From the NCBI RefSeq assembly GCF_963921235.1, contig NC_086097.1:129148001-129212000 (forward strand): a DNA stretch of 64,000 nt, in the 5' to 3' direction. A program made the translations under genes and the position numbers. Of the stretch, positions 59,548-64,000 are shown piece after piece. The number at the start of each line of letters is the position of its first letter. The first letter of the stretch is position 1. Source of the DNA: Mobula hypostoma. Its lineage: Eukaryota. The notes below the pieces were generated by a model. The model worked only from the letters and a program-made list of their open reading frames with translations, did no database searches and was not told where the DNA came from.

Positions 59548-62500
59548 TTTATAAGATAACGACACTCTTCTCATGGCTCATGTGAGATTCTGGAACAGAA
59601 ACGAACTGATGGAAGAGATGTAGTTTGCCAGGAGGATTAAAACGGATACTAAGGGACTGCCTATTTTTGAAGATGCCAAAAGTTCCTTAAACGAGAACAA
59701 TATTCCAATGGAGAATATAATTGCTTGTGCAACTGATGGTGCCGCTTCTATGGTTGGTCGATAGAGGATTCATCGCCCATCTAAAAAGATTTATACCTTC
59801 TGTCTTTACTATTCATTGCGCCATTCACAGGGAGCACCTAGTAGCTAGAAACTTAGGAGGATGTCTCAATCTTTCGCTTTCAGTTGTCATAAAGGCTGCA
59901 AACTTCATCAAATCCCAAGCCCTTCGGGATCATCTTTTCCGGCAGCTGTGTGAAGAAAATGATGAAGACTTCCGGATGCTGCTGCTGCATACTGAGGTGA
60001 GGTGGCTTTCCAAGGGAAACTGTCTGCAACGTTTTGTTACACTCTGGGACACCACAGTTTCCTTCATGTCTGATAAAGAGCATGGAGAAAGACTCGTTGA
60101 TGCTAAGGCGGACATATTTTATCTGACAGATATCTTTCAGAAACTTAATTTGTTAAACAAGACATTACAGGGCAACAACAGTAACCTCGTAGATTGTAAG
60201 GAAGCCATTGTTTCTTTCTTTAAGAAACTCAAAGTCTATTGTCATAATATGGGACGTCGGGAATTTTTATAATTTCCAAACCTGAAAATGATCGCAGAGG
60301 CACCGGAGGACGATGACCTTACTGTTTATGTGAAACATCTCAAGCAGATACACAAAGATATGCAAGAAAGATTTAATGACCTGTTAAACCTCGGTATCCC
60401 GGATTGGATTTTGAATCCATTTGAAGTACAACCCACCCAAGTTGAGGCAGAAATTCAAGAGAGTTTGATTGATCTTCAGAGTGATATAACTGCACGTCGT
60501 CAGTTCAGTCAAGCTCAAAAAGATATTTGGATCAAGAGTGACCTGCCGAATAAATTTACAACACAGTGGGAAAAAGCCCAAAGATTTTTTATTGCCTTTC
60601 TCTCAACATATTTGGTTGAGAGCAGATTCTGCAAGGTAGTTTCCTTGACAAAATCCAGGAACAGAATTGATATCGCAACAAGAGGTGACCTCTGACTGTC
60701 ATTGTCTAATTTGGAGTCCGATATCATGAAGCTTGCAGAAAAACACCAAGCTCAAGGATCGCATTAGGCCTGAGAGATGATTAATTTCATACAGGCATTT
60801 TTTAAGTTTTGTCCAGTATATCAGAATGTTCAAGTTTTCTTGGTGTACAATAATAAATGATTTTCTGTCTATCTGTTCGTGTTGTATCCCTGTTTGAAAG
60901 GGGGGCCCTGAAACCTGAGAAGAGATCCTAAGGGGGCCGTGGCCAAACAAGAGTTGAGAATCACTGGATTACATTTACAACCCTCTGCAGCTTCTTTCAG
61001 TCCTGTGCAGTAGCCACGCTCCCCCCACCCCCCATAGCAGACAGTGATACAGCCTGTGAGAATGCTCTCCACGGTACATCTATAGAAGTTTTTGAGTGTA
61101 TTTGCTGCCATACTAAAATTCTTCAAACTCCTAATGAAGTATAGTCACTATCTTGCCTTCTTTATAACTGCATTGACATATTGGGACCAGGTTAGGTCCT
61201 CAGAGATCTTGACATCCAGGAACTTGAAACTGCTCACTCTCTCTGTAGGGTACAAGAAATGAAGACCAAATTAATTGCTGGGAACAGACACAAAAGAGAC
61301 TGCAGATGCTGGAATCTGGAAAAAAATTAAACTGCTATAAGATCCTCATCAAGATCGAAAGTACAGTAGGAAGATAACAGGGATGAGGCAATGGCTGGTG
61401 GGTGATAAGTGGAACCAGATAAAGGAAAGACAATGGATAAACAGATCTAGGTGCAGGAGGTATAGGAAAGGGGAATGAAGAGAGAAGAAACCCAGGTGAA
61501 CAGTTATGTGGGAGAGGACAGATCGATCTAGTTGAGGAGTCTAGATAATGAAGAGGTAAGGCATGGAAAAGGTCAACAGAGAAAGAGAAAAGCTGGGTAG
61601 ACCAATGAGAATGGAAAAGAAACACAGGGAGGAGGGAGGTGAGTTACCAGAAATGGAAAGTTTCAACGTTCAATTGACTGTAGGCTATTCAAGCAGAATA
61701 GGAGTGGTGGTGTTCTAGTCTGCACTTGGCCTCATCATTGCAGCAGAGAAGGCTGAGGAGAGGCAGGTTGGTTTTGCGATGGGAAAGAGAGCTGAAGTGA
61801 CATACAGCCAGAAGCTCAAGTTGACCGTTTTTCAGGTACCACCTAGTCTACGCTTGCTCTTGTCAATGTAGAGTGGCCACATTGCAGGTCATTGAATATA
61901 TTTGAAGTGGAGGTTGATAGGTTCTTTATTAGTAGGGCGTCATAGGTTACGGTGAGAAGGCAGGAGAATTGGATTGGGAGGGATAATAAATCAGCCATGA
62001 TGGAATGACTGACCAGACTCAGTAGGCCAAATAGCCTAATTCTGCTCCTTTGTCTTATGACCTTATAGTATTGAGAAGCTCAAATCCATGCATCAAAAGC
62101 ACGGCGGTAGTAACAAGAGTATGCAACCCCATCCCATCAGCCACATCCTGTCCTGGCCATGGAACAGACTGCTATTCTTACATCAGTCCCATCAGCCACC
62201 ACAGCTCTCACAAAGTTCCAAGTACATTTATTATACAAGTATGCATACATTATACAACCTTGAAGTCGGTCTCCTTACAGGCAGCCACAAAACAAGAAAC
62301 CCAAAAGAACCCATAAAAAAAACACCCAATATGCAGAGAGAGAGGAAAAAAACAAATAGTGCAAACAATAAAAGTAAGCAAATTGCATTTAGAACAAAAG
62401 GGAGTCTTCAGAGACGTCGCCTGGGGCAACCAGAGCAGGCCCAGAGCCACAGCCTCAGTTCAGTACATAGCGAAGTAAACACTGCCTCCAGCAGCACCAT

Positions 62501-63361
62501 CTTAAAAGGTGGTAGCAAGTCAGCCTCAATCCCTCGGGACTGCCCATAAAGAAAAAAAACCCTTTTGTGATCTTGACTGAGGCTAGGTATTACCCAGGAA
62601 ACCAAGTGAATATCTCCTCATCTTCAAAATGTGGCCTTTGGTTGTCTTTAGTCTGCCTGCAAAGGCAGACAGGATCTCAGATTAACATTCAGAACAAAAG
62701 CAAACTACTGGAAATTCTCAGCAATCAGGAGACATCCATGGGAAGAGAAACTGAGTTAATGTTTCAAGTTGAAGACCTCATGCCGGAACCGTAGCTACAT
62801 CCTTATGGGGATATTACACACTGTTCTTGTCAGATTTTGTTTCATTATGGTTGTATTACCACATTAAATATAATTACAAGTTTCTGTAGCAACAATTTGC
62901 CAAAGAAACTCAGCATGTTCTATGGTAACATCTGTGGGTGGAATGGAATTGTTAACATTTTGGGACGAAACCCATTAGTATTTCCAATACTCAATGTAGT
63001 TTGATGATATCATGGTCTCACCAAAGGTCTTCAACCTGTAGTATTGACTCTGTTTCTCTTCCCACAGATATAGTCTAATCTGCTGAGTATTTCCAATACT
63101 TTAGACCTACAATATTGAGCCCTGCTGAAGGAAATCAGCTCTGATTTATGTGCGTAAAACAGAATTGGGCTTTGAAGCTCTTAGGCAGGCAGGGGACTGT
63201 GCAGAGAACGGAGGGATACGGACCTTTTGTGGGCAAAGAGATTAGGTATCATTAATTACCTTGGTACAACATCGTGGGCAAAAGAGCTTATTCTTCTATC
63301 GTGCTATTCTGCCATATGTTCTTGGTCTACCTCCTGGCTTAGAAAGTGAGAGCAAACTCAC

Positions 63362-63556
63362 CTGACCCACAAATGTCACATCTCTTGGTTTCATGGTGTG
63401 CACCATAACTGCTAGCTCCATAGAAGCAGCAGCTTTGCATAGACAAGTTCCCAGGAACCTGCTTTCAAAAGACCCATACTTAATGAGTCCCAGCAGTTTC
63501 ACACTGAGCTGGCCACGAAGCCACTCCATAATGAGTTGAAAATGGTGCAGCAACAT
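63362..63556 (-). CDS. OFCC1: Candidate first coding exon of OFCC1 (start codon uncertain: ATGs at 63556, 63529, 63421, 63406, 63394)
   Basis: Non-repetitive ORF ending ...MVHTMKPRDVTFVGQ at a consensus donor CAG|GTGAGT in phase 0, matching the phase-0 acceptor of the 42462 exon. I have no homology support for this segment. Confidence 0.45.
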
Positions 63557-64000
63557 CAGTAATCAAATTGTAGCATGAATGCTCAGAATGAACACAAGGA
63601 CATTAATATTCTAAAAGTATTTCTGTTTCACTGTTCATCTTCCCTGCACTGTTTGGTAAGCTCATGAGGTTAAACTTCCTTCTTCCTCATTGCATGATCG
63701 TTATACAGAGCCAGTGAACCCTAGATTGATCCATTACAGCACAGAAACATGCCCGTCAATCTATCATGTTGCTGCCAAACATCAAATACCCATCTCTCAT
63801 GATCTCCTTTCTCAGCATCTGGACTGCAGCTTTCTATACCGTGGTGATTCAAGTGCTCATCAGATGCTTCATAAATGCACCAGCTTCTTAAAACTACTGT
63901 ACCAGTGAAGGTGTTACATTTTGTAATGTCAGACCAGGGAAGGATATTCACAGTGAATGATGGGGTCCTGGGTGGTGTCACTGCACACTTGAGCTTCAAC

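Larger units (their letters stand above)
58200..60767 (+). pseudogene. hAT transposase pseudogene (ZBED5/SCAND3/Buster-like)
   Basis: PMCLNC...MRPSKLKKHLDTSH (BED-like zinc finger), IPLSNSTVARRI, FSLQLDET, TDGAASMVG, IHCAIHREHL, LLLHTEVRWLSKG, STYLVES.F and RGDL. Frameshifts and stops throughout. Confidence 0.95.
57680..60966 (+). mobile_element. Full-length hAT DNA transposon of the Buster/Charlie type with a dead transposase
   Basis: TIRs CAGCCATTCTCAA (57680) and TTGAGAATCACTG (ends 60966), 11/13 match. 8-bp TSD aactacat/gattacat with central TA. GGGGGCC subterminal motifs. Confidence 0.95.
57215..61245 (-). mobile_element. Rex1/Babar-like LINE fragment split by the hAT transposon
   Basis: Right part NFYRCTVESILTGCITVCYG, left part SIIKDLRHLGHALFSLLPSGRRYRSLK...RFRNSF. 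The LINE sequence is contiguous when 57680-60966 and one TSD are removed. Confidence 0.92.
7491..63556 (-). other. OFCC1: Span of the OFCC1/ojoplano gene model (5' coding exons and introns; CDS probably continues beyond the left edge)
   Basis: The spliced translation [41 protein letters not shown]...IRHDRHDSTLAAHQQK...RGNEYCRNYFD...IDPRQ...FYRKLLK...MILVGSLSLEQ is colinear with human OFCC1 as I recall it ([25 protein letters not shown]...GNPAFN...IRHD..D.TLAAHQQK...GNEY.RNYFD...INPRQ...FYNRLTK...IILLGSSPLEQ). Exons have GT-AG boundaries and compatible phases. Confidence 0.9.

Noticed and set aside
58154..60695. Domesticated ZBED/SCAND3-like gene
   Set aside because: Multiple stops and frameshifts, a retroelement insertion, and retained TIRs and TSD indicate a dead transposon.

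Overview
Vertebrate nuclear DNA, most likely from a cartilaginous fish (ray/batoid), inferred from the repeat complement (HE1/V-SINE, SacSINE1-like DeuSINE, CR1, Rex1/Babar, Tx1, Penelope-like and hAT elements). The window lies almost entirely within the 5' part of one minus-strand gene with large introns, OFCC1 (ojoplano/opo). I assembled it by hand from GT-AG exons at 63362-63556 (tentative first exon), 42396-42462, 41899-42075, 20430-20531, 11050-11136, an optional 33-nt microexon at 9615-9647, 8154-~8413 and 7491-7640. The CDS has no stop in these exons and probably continues left of the window. The introns are packed with decayed, often nested transposons. Highlights: (i) a three-level nest (Rex1-like LINE, containing a complete Buster/Charlie-type hAT, containing a Penelope-like fragment with a 14-bp target duplication); (ii) an intact minimal type I hammerhead ribozyme in that Penelope terminus, plus a family of short palindromic elements made of two inverted Penelope termini; (iii) a candidate microexon whose polypyrimidine tract is a perfect inverted copy of the exon; (iv) an apparently shifted splice donor; (v) a 25-bp minisatellite grown out of a CR1 fragment; (vi) repeat-free intronic islands that are candidate TFAP2A-domain enhancers. 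All family and gene assignments come from recalled motifs, not database searches. Most short ORFs in the supplied track are transposon debris or chance.
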